Counted from the first letter of the stretch, positions 15,867-24,911 are shown. The stretch: DNA of 34,295 nucleotides from a bacterium (GCA_021790275.1 JAJYIB010000003.1:1-34295), one strand, 5' to 3'. A program made the numbers and translations. The notes: a model not told the origin generated them from the letters alone.

Positions 15867-18046
15867 ATTCTCAATACGATCCGAAACAAGCAGAAGAAAA
15901 AATTTACCGGCTTTGGGAAAAATCGGGGTTCGCCGATCCCGACAAACTGCCGGGCAAACGGACAAAAAAATTTTCGGCGATGATGGCGCCGCCCAACATC
16001 ACCGGTTCTTTGCATATGGGGCATGCTCTGGAAAACATTTCCGTCGACATCGCGGTGCGGATGAAAAGAATGCAGGGGTTTAAAGCACTCTGGCTCCCCG
16101 GCATCGATCATGCCGGCATCGCCGCCCAAAACGCCGTCGAAAAAAATTTGCGCAAACAGAACATCCGCCGCCAGGATTTGGGCCGCGAAAAATTCGTCGA
16201 AAAAATGTATGAATGGAAAGAAAAATACGGCCACATCATTTTGGATCAATTAAAAAAACTCGGCGCGCTTCCCGACTGGTCGCGCACGCGATTCACTTTG
16301 GATCCAGAATACGCCGAGGCAGTGCGTCATGCGTTCATCCATTATTACGAAAAAGGATGGATATACCGCGGCGAACGGGTTATCAACTGGTGCCCACGAT
16401 GCGAAACCGGAATTTCCGATTTGGAAGTCGAATACAAAGAAGAACCGGCAAAGCTTTATCATATAAAATATCCGCTGGCGGACGGTGGATTTATCATCGT
16501 GGCCACAACACGCCCGGAAACTATGTTCGGCGACACGGCGGTGGCGGTAAATCCCAAAGACGGCCGTTATAAAAAACTGATAGGAAAATTCGCCGCGGTG
16601 CCGATTCAAAACCGCAGAATCCCGATAATCGCCGACCGCGGCGTCGATATGAAATTCGGAACCGGCGCCGTGAAAGTTACGCCGGCGCACGATGTTTCCG
16701 ATTTCGAAATGTCGATTCGTCACAATTTGCCGAGGATAAAAATAATAAACGAAAAAGGAATAATGACGGACGAGTCGGGAGTTTTTTGCGCCGGGTTGAA
16801 AACCGGAGAATGCCGCGGAAAAACCGCCGAAGAACTTCAAAAACTCGGGCTTTTGGAAAAGGCCGAAAATTACATTCACAATGCCGCTTTTTGCGAACGC
16901 TGCGGAACGAAAATCGAGCCGCGGCTTTCCCTGCAATGGTTTTTGAAAATGGCCGAGCTCGCCGAACTGACGATAAAAGCGATTAAAAACAAAAAAACCG
17001 CTCTTTATCCGAAAAAATGGGAAAAACCGGCGCTGGAATGGCTAAAAAACATCCGCGACTGGAACATCTCGCGGCAATTGTGGTGGGGGCATCGCTTGCC
17101 GGTCTGGTTTCACGAACCGAAATGCGAGCCGAAGAAAGACCGTGAAAAAGATGTTGCGAAGTGCAAAGAATTTGTCGTGTCGGAAAAAAAACCGAAATGC
17201 GAATACTGCGATGCGGAATTCATTCGAAGCGACGATGTTTTGGATACCTGGTTTTCATCGGCGCTCTGGCCTTTCGCCACGCTCGGCTGGCCGAAAAAAA
17301 CGACCGACTTGTCCGAATATTATCCGACCGATTATATCACTTCGGCGCGGGAAATCCTCAACCTTTGGATTATCCGAATGATTTTTTCCGGAATGGAATT
17401 TATGGGAAAAACGCCTTTCAAAACGGCTCATATTCACGCCACTATTTTAACCAAAGACGGTAAAAGAATGTCAAAATCTCTCGGCACCGGCATCGACCCG
17501 CTTCTGCTCGTCGAGCGATATGGCGCCGACGCCGTTCGTTTCGGCATCACGTACCAGAATCTCGGCGGCCAGGACATCAGGTTTTCCGAAGACGCGATAA
17601 TCACCGGAAAAAAATTCTGCAACAAGATTTGGAACGCGACGCGTTTTGTAATGATGGCAAATCGGGAAAAAATTTCCGATTTTAACGATAAAAATCCCAA
17701 GCCGAAAACGGCCGCCGATAAAAAAATTCTGATTGCGCTGAAAATGGCAAATAAAAAAACCGAAACCGGAATCGATAAATATGAATTCGGCAAAGTTCTG
17801 CATAGTCTTTACGATTTCTTCTGGCACGACTTCTGCGATCAATATATAGAGGAATCGAAAAAACAATCGGCCGACCCGAAGCTCGCCGAAAACACGAACC
17901 GGATTTTATTTTATGTTTTGACGAATTCCTTAAAACTGCTTCACCCTTTCCTGCCGTTTATCACCGAAGAAATCTGGGACAACCTTAGATCCGCCGGACT
18001 AAAAGCCGGCCCGCTTATCATTGAAAGCTGGCCGCGGCAAGTATGA
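15863..18046 (+). CDS. valS: Valine--tRNA ligase (lacks the C-terminal coiled-coil arm)
   Basis: PPNITGSLHMGH, ATTRPET, GTGAVKVTPAHD, DWNISRQLWWGH, DVLDTWFSS, RMSKS; ATGA overlap with tsaD. Confidence 0.97.
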   Translation: MNSQYDPKQAEEKIYRLWEKSGFADPDKLPGKRTKKFSAMMAPPNITGSLHMGHALENISVDIAVRMKRMQGFKALWLPGIDHAGIAAQNAVEKNLRKQNIRRQDLGREKFVEKMYEWKEKYGHIILDQLKKLGALPDWSRTRFTLDPEYAEAVRHAFIHYYEKGWIYRGERVINWCPRCETGISDLEVEYKEEPAKLYHIKYPLADGGFIIVATTRPETMFGDTAVAVNPKDGRYKKLIGKFAAVPIQNRRIPIIADRGVDMKFGTGAVKVTPAHDVSDFEMSIRHNLPRIKIINEKGIMTDESGVFCAGLKTGECRGKTAEELQKLGLLEKAENYIHNAAFCERCGTKIEPRLSLQWFLKMAELAELTIKAIKNKKTALYPKKWEKPALEWLKNIRDWNISRQLWWGHRLPVWFHEPKCEPKKDREKDVAKCKEFVVSEKKPKCEYCDAEFIRSDDVLDTWFSSALWPFATLGWPKKTTDLSEYYPTDYITSAREILNLWIIRMIFSGMEFMGKTPFKTAHIHATILTKDGKRMSKSLGTGIDPLLLVERYGADAVRFGITYQNLGGQDIRFSEDAIITGKKFCNKIWNATRFVMMANREKISDFNDKNPKPKTAADKKILIALKMANKKTETGIDKYEFGKVLHSLYDFFWHDFCDQYIEESKKQSADPKLAENTNRILFYVLTNSLKLLHPFLPFITEEIWDNLRSAGLKAGPLIIESWPRQV

Positions 18047-18804
18047 TATTCGGCTATAATGCACTGGATTTAACATCGGTTCTGCTGCTCGCTCTCGCGC
18101 CGAGTTTGATTTGGCTGTTTTTTTATCTTAAAGAAGACCCGCATCCCGAACCGCGCTTCTGGCTCGGGACGATGTTCGCGATGGGCATAATTTTGGCGCC
18201 GATCGTCATTTCTTTCGAAATGATTTTCGGAAAAATAATCGGAACTTTCGCCGACGGATCGCTCGCCGCCGGCCTGCTTTTGTTCTGCTTCGCCCCCCTT
18301 GTCGAAGAAACCGCTAAATACGGCACCGTCCATCTGGCGATGAATAAAAATCCGGTAATCGACGAACCGGTCGATCCGATGATTTATGTCATCACCGCCG
18401 CTTTGGGTTTTGCGGCGATAGAAAATGTTTTTGCCGTATTTTCTTTCATTCCCGTCGGCGATCCGGGATACCTTTATGCCGCTTTTAATTTCCTATCGAT
18501 GCGGTTTATAACCGCCGTCGCCTTGCACGGGCTCGCTTCAAGCATTTCCGGCTATTATTTCGCCAAATTTTATTTTTTCGAAAGAAAGGCGCGGCTGATT
18601 TTCAAAGGCGTCATTTTCGCCTCGATTTTCCACGGAGCTTACAATTTCCTGATCGTCAGAAACGGCGCAACACTGCCGACGATTCTGGCCGCCGTTTTGC
18701 TCGGTGGCGGCGCCGCGGCGGCGATTATTATGTTCCACAAGCTCAAATATCCCCAAACTTATCAACAACCCGCGGTTGACGAAACGCGGGCGAAAGAAAT
18801 ATAA
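18043..18804 (+). CDS. prsW: PrsW family intramembrane metalloprotease
   Basis: D..PEP, EETAK, GFAAIEN, HGL and HGAYN motifs; multiple TM helices. Confidence 0.88.
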   Translation: MIFGYNALDLTSVLLLALAPSLIWLFFYLKEDPHPEPRFWLGTMFAMGIILAPIVISFEMIFGKIIGTFADGSLAAGLLLFCFAPLVEETAKYGTVHLAMNKNPVIDEPVDPMIYVITAALGFAAIENVFAVFSFIPVGDPGYLYAAFNFLSMRFITAVALHGLASSISGYYFAKFYFFERKARLIFKGVIFASIFHGAYNFLIVRNGATLPTILAAVLLGGGAAAAIIMFHKLKYPQTYQQPAVDETRAKEI

Positions 18805-19220
18805 TGCAATCGGAAAAGCCGTTAATTTTAAAGTCAAAAATGGAAAAAGAAACAAAAAACATCGAATGGGCGCCGAGCGAAGCCGAAGGCCAGCTTTCGA
18901 TAGACGTTTTTCAGACGCCGGCCGATATCGTGATTAAATCGACCATCGCCGGAGTCAAACCCGAACATTTGGATATCGCCATAACCAACGATATGGTGAC
19001 AATCCGCGGCCGGAGAGAAACCGAAGAAGAACTCACCCGCGACGATTATTTTTATCAGGAATGTTATTGGGGTCCGTTTTCAAGATCGATTATCTTGCCG
19101 GTCGATGTTCAGACCGAAAAATCAATCGCCACTTTAAAAAACGGCGTCCTGACAATCCGCCTGCCGAAATCCGAAAAAATCAAAACCAAAAAAATAGAAA
19201 TCAATCGTCACGAAGAATAA
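18804..19220 (+). CDS. Hsp20/alpha-crystallin small heat-shock protein
   Basis: GQLSIDVFQT, ECYWGPFSRSIILP, A.LKNGVL.I.LPK; alternative start at ATG 18840. Confidence 0.93.
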   Translation: MQSEKPLILKSKMEKETKNIEWAPSEAEGQLSIDVFQTPADIVIKSTIAGVKPEHLDIAITNDMVTIRGRRETEEELTRDDYFYQECYWGPFSRSIILPVDVQTEKSIATLKNGVLTIRLPKSEKIKTKKIEINRHEE

Positions 19221-19274
19221 TCCCGCCGCTTCGGAACGGAATAAAAATAAAAGGACTTGCGACGACGCAGGTCC

Positions 19275-19619
19275 TTATTCGTTTTCACCCTTCCATTTTC
19301 GGTAAGCCCTGTCTATTTCCTCCATATGGGCTTCGTCGGAATTGATATCCGAAGGAAAGATATTTTTCGCGCGGCTTTCGGCTTCCCAGATGATTTTCCG
19401 TTTTGTCTCGTAATCCGGATAATCAATAATATGAACAATCCGATAAAGACATTCTTTGGCGAGATCGGGCGGTATCCATCCGGGATCGTCCAAAACCTCC
19501 AAAATTTCTTCGGCCATTTCCCATTCCTTTAGTCTTTCCGGCTCTCTGCCGTGCACTTTTTCGTAGGCCTCGGCCAGAGGACCGCTTTTTTCAAACAGCT
19601 TGCGCTTCTCGCGCGGCAT
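19275..19619 (-). CDS. Hypothetical highly charged soluble protein (114 aa)
   Basis: Strong SD GGAGGTG inside the murD 3' end, 7 nt before ATG 19619; fills the gap between murD and hsp20. Confidence 0.7.
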   Translation of the reverse strand: MPREKRKLFEKSGPLAEAYEKVHGREPERLKEWEMAEEILEVLDDPGWIPPDLAKECLYRIVHIIDYPDYETKRKIIWEAESRAKNIFPSDINSDEAHMEEIDRAYRKWKGENE

Positions 19620-19625
19620 TCGCAA

Positions 19626-21059
19626 TCACCTCCCTCGTTCGAAATTTTCTTTTATAATTTTATTGAATTTGCGGCCGCGGTCAAATTCATTCTTGAATTT
19701 TCCGAAACTGGCCGCCCCGGGCGAAAAAATTATTTTTTCAAAACATTTTCTGTTTTTAATCGCGCCGATTATTTCGCCAACCGATTCGGACAGCCGCGGC
19801 TTCGATTTGAAATATCTCAATTTTTCCAATTCGGCAACCAGTTTTTCGGTGGCGCTGCCGCCGAGAAGAAACAGATTTTTTCGGGGAACTTCTTTTTTGA
19901 TTTTTCTCGCCAAATTTTTGAAATCAAGCATCTTGTCGGCGCCGCCGCAGATCAAAGCGGTTTTTTTGATATCCGGCTTGAATCCGTCGATTGCCGCGGC
20001 GACTCCCTCCGGACTGGTGGAGGCCGAATCGTTTACAATTTCCAGATTGCCGCTTTTAAAAACGATTTCCTGCCGGAAAGGCACGGCCGGAAGCGACGGA
20101 ATTTTCGCCGCCATTTCCTTCCATTTTTTCCCGTATAAATAGCCGACCAAAAGCGCCGCCAGAAGATTTTGTTTCCGGTGCGGGCTGAAATTTTCGATTT
20201 CGGCCACGAATTTTTTTTGTCCGTTATTTTGAAAAATTATTTTTTGCCCGCCGCAATACAAGCCGTTTTTATTTTTCGGCAATGACTTGAGGGCAATATA
20301 AAATATCGCGCTCTTCGGCTTTCGCTTGAAGAACGGCGCGTTGTTGATATCGTAATTTAAAATGAGAAAATCCTTATCCGTCTGATTGGAAAAGACGCGA
20401 GATTTCGCCAGCGCGTAATTTTTCATATTGCCGTGCCGATTGAGATGATCGACATATAAATTGGTAATCACCGCGATTTTCGGAGCTTTCAGATTTTGAT
20501 TCAATTCCCAATATTCGAGCTGATACGACGGAATTTCCAAAATCAGCGGTTTCCGCGCGCCGCTTTGCGGCGCGCGGAGAATTCTATCCAGTATTTTCAA
20601 AGGAGCCAGTGCCGGAATATTGCCGCCTATGCGCGCGGGTTTTAAAAAATGATGCGTCCAGACGGCGGTGGTGGTTTTCCCTCTGGTGCCGGTGATCGCG
20701 ATATATTCCGTTTCCGGCATAACCTGATTCAAAATTTTCAGCATCAGCGACAAATCGGTTTCAATCGCTTTGCCGTTTTCGCCGGCGAATCGCGCCCATT
20801 TGCTGTTGGCGCTTACGGCCTGATTAAAAACTATAACATCGCTGTTTAAAAAATCCGCTTCACGGTGTTTCCCCAAAACATATTTTATTTTCAATCCTTT
20901 TAATTTTGCCAGACCGGATGTTAATTCTTGAGCGGAATTCAAATCGGTAACCGAAAGTTTCGCCCCGCGTTTTGCCAAAAATGCGGCGGTGGCCGCGCCG
21001 CCGCCCAGCCGGCCAAGCCCGACCAGCAGGATTTTTTTATTTTTGATTAGATTGCGCAT
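19626..21059 (-). CDS. murD: UDP-N-acetylmuramoyl-L-alanine--D-glutamate ligase
   Basis: GLGRLGGG, AITGTRGKTTT, GGNI, LEIPSYQL, ITNLYVDHLNRH, NDSASTSP, ICGGADK, FSPGAASFG.FKNEFDRG. Confidence 0.93.
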   Translation of the reverse strand: MRNLIKNKKILLVGLGRLGGGAATAAFLAKRGAKLSVTDLNSAQELTSGLAKLKGLKIKYVLGKHREADFLNSDVIVFNQAVSANSKWARFAGENGKAIETDLSLMLKILNQVMPETEYIAITGTRGKTTTAVWTHHFLKPARIGGNIPALAPLKILDRILRAPQSGARKPLILEIPSYQLEYWELNQNLKAPKIAVITNLYVDHLNRHGNMKNYALAKSRVFSNQTDKDFLILNYDINNAPFFKRKPKSAIFYIALKSLPKNKNGLYCGGQKIIFQNNGQKKFVAEIENFSPHRKQNLLAALLVGYLYGKKWKEMAAKIPSLPAVPFRQEIVFKSGNLEIVNDSASTSPEGVAAAIDGFKPDIKKTALICGGADKMLDFKNLARKIKKEVPRKNLFLLGGSATEKLVAELEKLRYFKSKPRLSESVGEIIGAIKNRKCFEKIIFSPGAASFGKFKNEFDRGRKFNKIIKENFERGR

Positions 21060-21194
21060 TATTTAGTGAATGGAAACCGTAAATGCCACCTATGCGCTAA
21101 ACTTTATTGCAAAATATGGCTAAAAACAATGATTTTACATATCCACAGACTGATACGGCAAAGGCCGTTCTATATCAGCAAAGTTGAATGCTTG

Positions 21195-21275
21195 TGCGAC
21201 CGGGAGGATTCGAACCTCCACGCCTTGCGGCGCCAGCTCCTAAAGCTGGTGCGTCTGCCGTTTCGCCACGGTCGC
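21195..21275 (-). tRNA. tRNA-Leu(TAG), CCA not encoded
   Basis: Anticodon stem CCAGC/GCTGG with loop TTTAGGA, long variable arm, GGTTCGAATCC. Confidence 0.94.
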
Positions 21276-21319
21276 GTTTGAAAATTATAGCAGATTTTCG
21301 CCCTTGTCTTCGCCTCTCG

Positions 21320-21970
21320 TTATATTTTGCCGGCGCTTTCAAGTTTTGCCTGAATCACGGTGCGCATCGAAGACGAACCGACCGGCCAGCAGGTTATCAA
21401 GGCGATATCCGACTCGCCTTGCGGAATCTGCGCCAGCAATTCGTTGGTTTTGGCCGGCGTTAAAACGTCGTCGGCAAAAACTTTGTAAGCCAATTTTTTA
21501 TTTCCGTAAAAAACATAAACTTCGTCGCCTTTTTCGAGCTTATGCAAAAGCGCGAAAATCGAACCGTAGTCGCCGCGATACCAAATCGCTTTCGAGCTGT
21601 GCCCGAGAATAACCGAACGGCCGTTTTCGCCGAACTGCTGGGAGCCGGGATAAAACGCGACGCCGCTTTCCATCGCCGCCAATATCGTTTTATTGTCCCC
21701 GTCTTTCGGAAAAACGATCGGAGACATCGTGGCGGTTTTGGGAATCGCAAGATAATAGTCGTTTTCGCTTCCGGACGGTTTTTCAACCGCGCCGCTTAAA
21801 CCGAGAATCGGCCAATTTTTCAAATCGGACCCGAAAGGGGAATTGACGACCAAATCATAGCGCAAAATCCGAAAATACGCTCCACCGTTCAAAACCAGAT
21901 AAACCGCGAACGCGGCGGCAAAAAATATCGCGGCGAATATCGCCAATTCTTTTTTAGGATTGATTTTCAT
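21320..21970 (-). CDS. Sortase (class E-like)
   Basis: N-terminal TM, ILGHSS (His), LITCWP (Cys), MR (Arg). Start moved to ATG 21970. Confidence 0.9.
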   Translation of the reverse strand: MKINPKKELAIFAAIFFAAAFAVYLVLNGGAYFRILRYDLVVNSPFGSDLKNWPILGLSGAVEKPSGSENDYYLAIPKTATMSPIVFPKDGDNKTILAAMESGVAFYPGSQQFGENGRSVILGHSSKAIWYRGDYGSIFALLHKLEKGDEVYVFYGNKKLAYKVFADDVLTPAKTNELLAQIPQGESDIALITCWPVGSSSMRTVIQAKLESAGKI

Positions 21971-22970
21971 TCGTTTCCGTATCGGCTTTCGCTTCCGATT
22001 TTTTGATCTTTCCGATTTTTCTTTCAAGAATCGCGCCGTTATAAGCGTCGGCCAGAGCAATTCCGTGTCCGAACCGCGCTTTGAATAACAACAAATAAAT
22101 CGCGGCGGCCAGAATCAGCCCGCCCGGAAAAACCCAAAGCCATAGATCTTCCGGCCCCGTCGCGGCGTTGGCCACCGGAGTTGAAATACTTTTTGCCGGC
22201 GCTTCGGTTGCCGCCTGCGCAACGGGCACGGATGCGGTTTCGTAATTCGGCGCGTAGTAGCTTGCGGCATAAGCCGTTTGATAAGGCACTGTGAAATTAG
22301 GATAATTGGCCGGATTGGGCGCGGCGGTGGCGGCATAAGCGACCGGCGTTTGAGGAACCGTGAAATTATATTTTCCGATATCGGGCGCCTGGTATGCGTA
22401 GCCGTAAGAAGCGGGAGTGAAAGAAAAATTATAATGACCGATATCGGTCGAAGCCGCCGGATTTGTCGCCGGAATAACGGGCGACGGGAAATTGTAATGG
22501 GCGGGATTCGCGTCGGAATACGAATCAGACGGCGCGCCGTAATAAGGAACGTATCCATATCCCGAAACATTGTTCGTGATGGGATAGTTGTAAGTTCCTA
22601 TATAGACCGTCGAAGGATAGCTGTAAGTTCCGATGTCCGCCGAAGCCGGATAGTTATAAGTTCCTATATCGGCCGAGGATGGATTATTGTAAGTTCCGAT
22701 ATCGGCCGTCGTAGGATAATCGTAAGTGCCGACATCCGCCGAGGACGGATAGCTGTAAGTTCCGATGTCCGCCGCAGACGGATAGCTATAAGTGCCGATA
22801 TCGGTCGTAGAAGGATAAGTTCCTGTATCGGCCGAGGACGGATTATCATAAGTCCCGATATCCGCGGTATCCGCGCGAACCATCGGAGTCCAAATATTAA
22901 AAGAAAACAAAAATACCGCCGCCAAAAGCGTCAATGATATTTTCTTCGATGCAAATTTTATATTTTTCAT
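21954..22970 (-). CDS. Secreted Tyr/Pro/Ser/Thr-rich tandem-repeat surface protein, probable sortase substrate
   Basis: Signal peptide; 9 copies of ADIGTYxYPSS; C-terminal NAATGP followed by a TM helix and basic residues; overlaps the sortase start. Confidence 0.8.
   Translation of the reverse strand: MKNIKFASKKISLTLLAAVFLFSFNIWTPMVRADTADIGTYDNPSSADTGTYPSTTDIGTYSYPSAADIGTYSYPSSADVGTYDYPTTADIGTYNNPSSADIGTYNYPASADIGTYSYPSTVYIGTYNYPITNNVSGYGYVPYYGAPSDSYSDANPAHYNFPSPVIPATNPAASTDIGHYNFSFTPASYGYAYQAPDIGKYNFTVPQTPVAYAATAAPNPANYPNFTVPYQTAYAASYYAPNYETASVPVAQAATEAPAKSISTPVANAATGPEDLWLWVFPGGLILAAAIYLLLFKARFGHGIALADAYNGAILERKIGKIKKSEAKADTETNENQS
22575..22865 (-). repeat. Coding tandem repeat, 33-bp (11-aa) unit x9 (one 27-bp unit)
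   Basis: ADIGTYDNPSS, ADTGTYPST, TDIGTYSYPSA, ADIGTYSYPSS, ADVGTYDYPTT, ADIGTYNNPSS, ADIGTYNYPAS, ADIGTYSYPST, VYIGTYNYPIT. Confidence 0.92.
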
Positions 22971-23008
22971 ATTTATTCTCCCCTTCTTTTTTTCCGTTAT
23001 TATAACCG

Positions 23009-23063
23009 AAAAAAAGAAAGAGGCGGAAGATTTCGTCCCGCACTGCGGGACGAAATCTTCCGC
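23009..23063 (-). terminator. Long perfect hairpin / intrinsic terminator
   Basis: 20-bp perfect inverted repeat GCGGAAGATTTCGTCCCGCA-C-TGCGGGACGAAATCTTCCGC (23023-23063) with a U-rich tract on -. Confidence 0.8.
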
Positions 23064-23067
23064 TAAT

Positions 23068-24030
23068 CTACGGCGCCGGATGCTGATATGGGATCATATC
23101 AGCATTACCGACGCTATCCTGCTGCTTGGAGTACGCGACGAAATAAATTCGCGCCTCCTGTATTCCGTCGTTGATCTCGGCTTGCAATACGCCGGGATCG
23201 ACGACGAGCGGCAAACCATCGGGAGGTGAAACCATAATCACCTCCCGCGATTTGACGACAAGCGCCGTTGCCGAATCTATAAAATTCGGATCGAACGCTA
23301 TCGTCGCCTCGCCGCCCTTGCTCACAACCTCAAAGTGAGCGTCGGCGGCGAACGCGCCGGACAAAACGATTTTTTTCCCGTTGACATAAATCGTTTTGCC
23401 GGCAAACCTGTCGGCGCCGCGGCTGACTTCGACATCGAAGCGGACAGTGTCCGGCGCCGGCTTGATCGAACCGTCGGTCAGGCCTTTGCGGATCACCGAC
23501 CCGATGTCGCGGGACCGGCCGGTCAACTTATTCGCTCCGACAACAACGTCGAGGCGAATTTTGAACAGTCCGGCCGGCGGCATCGTTGCCGCGATTCTTT
23601 TTTCCGCCGCAATCTTTGCGATTGCGGCCTTTTTCGCATCGCGCGCCGGCCGGTGGTACGGCTTTTTTGCCGCTTTCGCGCGCCGACGCGAAGCTTTGCG
23701 GATCGTCGCCGATTTTGAGACGGCGATTTTCGCCTCACCGACGTAAATCTCCATCGGCGTGCCGGAAGGCGCGCCGATATTCACGCTGATGCCGTTTTGT
23801 GACGGCGCCGGCGTAACTGCCGGCGACACGGCGGCCGCAGGCGGAATCGGCTTGCGCGCCGCCTGTTCCGCCTTATCTTTTTTCACAACAAAAGATAAAG
23901 CGAAAAACAAAGCGACGGCAATCACAACAATCAATAGCGTTACGCCAACACTCACCACAACGCTACCGATCCAATCATCACTCCCGATGTAGCGAACATC
24001 GCCGCGTCTTCTCCAGGGCCTTTTATCCAT
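23068..24030 (-). CDS. Hypothetical single-pass membrane protein with Pro/Ala and Lys/Arg/Ala-rich linkers
   Basis: 320-aa ORF with one TM, strong SD GGAGGTG, own promoter and terminator. Confidence 0.75.
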   Translation of the reverse strand: MDKRPWRRRGDVRYIGSDDWIGSVVVSVGVTLLIVVIAVALFFALSFVVKKDKAEQAARKPIPPAAAVSPAVTPAPSQNGISVNIGAPSGTPMEIYVGEAKIAVSKSATIRKASRRRAKAAKKPYHRPARDAKKAAIAKIAAEKRIAATMPPAGLFKIRLDVVVGANKLTGRSRDIGSVIRKGLTDGSIKPAPDTVRFDVEVSRGADRFAGKTIYVNGKKIVLSGAFAADAHFEVVSKGGEATIAFDPNFIDSATALVVKSREVIMVSPPDGLPLVVDPGVLQAEINDGIQEARIYFVAYSKQQDSVGNADMIPYQHPAP

Positions 24031-24037
24031 AATAGCC

Positions 24038-24119
24038 CACCTCCAAATAAATTTATAAAGAGCAAAATGCTCTTATGGACTTGCCCCAATATTATACACT
24101 ATATATTTATTTCCGTCAA
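24038..24119 (-). promoter_or_regulatory. Sigma-70 promoter, boxA-like motif and SD
   Basis: TTGACG(24119-24114)-17-TATAAT(24096-24091); TGCTCTTTATAA (24064-24053); GGAGGTG (24044-24038). Confidence 0.75.
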
Positions 24120-24137
24120 ACAAACGCGAAAAGACGC

Positions 24138-24178
24138 AAAAAAACGGGAAAGCCCGCCCCGCAATGCGGGGCGGGCTT
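24138..24178 (-). terminator. Terminator of the pilin operon
   Basis: 14-bp perfect stem AAGCCCGCCCCGCA-A-TGCGGGGCGGGCTT (24150-24178) with a U-run nearby on -. Confidence 0.72.
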
Positions 24179-24203
24179 GAATTTTTTTCGAACACCGAGG
24201 CAA

Positions 24204-24545
24204 TTATCTTCCTTGCAGGAAATTTACGATAAACGGCTCGACGGAATACGTCAAAACCGCGACCACAATGCCGATGATGGCATAAATCAAAACGTTTTTG
24301 GCTTTTTCATGCGCCGCCGAACTTGCTCCCGCGAAAAGAAATAAAATGGCGGAGTAAATAAGCATTATAACAGAAACGATGGCCACGGCCGCCGAAAGAA
24401 ATGTCAAAACATTGCCGAGAATGGTGAGAACTCCGGACGGACTGGTTATAATCGGCCCCTGTAAAATATCAGCCGCCGCCAAAAACGGCAGAAGAGCCGC
24501 CAAGCCGAATATCCCCGCCCCTGTTTTTATAAAATTCTTTTTCAT
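24204..24545 (-). CDS. VirB2/TrbC-like pilin (CPR type)
   Basis: Signal peptide, two hydrophobic helices joined by AGASSAAHEKAKNVL, YAIIGIVV. Confidence 0.85.
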   Translation of the reverse strand: MKKNFIKTGAGIFGLAALLPFLAAADILQGPIITSPSGVLTILGNVLTFLSAAVAIVSVIMLIYSAILFLFAGASSAAHEKAKNVLIYAIIGIVVAVLTYSVEPFIVNFLQGR

Positions 24546-24578
24546 TATAATAATTTTAATTTTAATTATTTACCGATT

Positions 24579-24911
24579 TTAAAAACTGCCGCTTAAAAAT
24601 CCTTTGATAATGCTTGTGATGCCTTTCGCCACCAGTAAAATCACAATTCCGATTATAGCATACCACAAAGTTTTCCGCGCCTGCGTCACTTTATCTTTGT
24701 TGCCGCCGCTTGTCATAAAAATCAGCGCCGACCAGAGAATGATTATCGTCGATATCGTCGCGCCGATTTCCAAAAGCCAGGTGGCTATTTTATCGATCAA
24801 AGTCGGAATATCGCCGGCGCCGATGGGATTAACCAGCTCGACGGCAAGCGCTTTTCCTCCCACCATAAACATTATGGCAAAAACAAGCGAAAAAATCAAG
24901 AATGTTTTCAT
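24579..24911 (-). CDS. VirB2/TrbC-like pilin (CPR type)
   Basis: ALA cleavage site, L.NPIG, FMTSGGN..KV..ARKTLWYAIIG. Start set at ATG 24911. Confidence 0.88.
   Translation of the reverse strand: MKTFLIFSLVFAIMFMVGGKALAVELVNPIGAGDIPTLIDKIATWLLEIGATISTIIILWSALIFMTSGGNKDKVTQARKTLWYAIIGIVILLVAKGITSIIKGFLSGSF

Noticed and set aside
22575-22865. 33-bp periodic repeats as a CRISPR array
   Set aside because: Units are contiguous, in frame and vary at synonymous sites; there are no unique spacers and no cas genes.
2800-22970. C39-like peptidase plus repeat protein as a RiPP/bacteriocin system
   Set aside because: They are 18 kb apart, the peptidase is not ABC-fused, no modifying enzymes are adjacent, and the repeat protein has a sorting signal next to a sortase.
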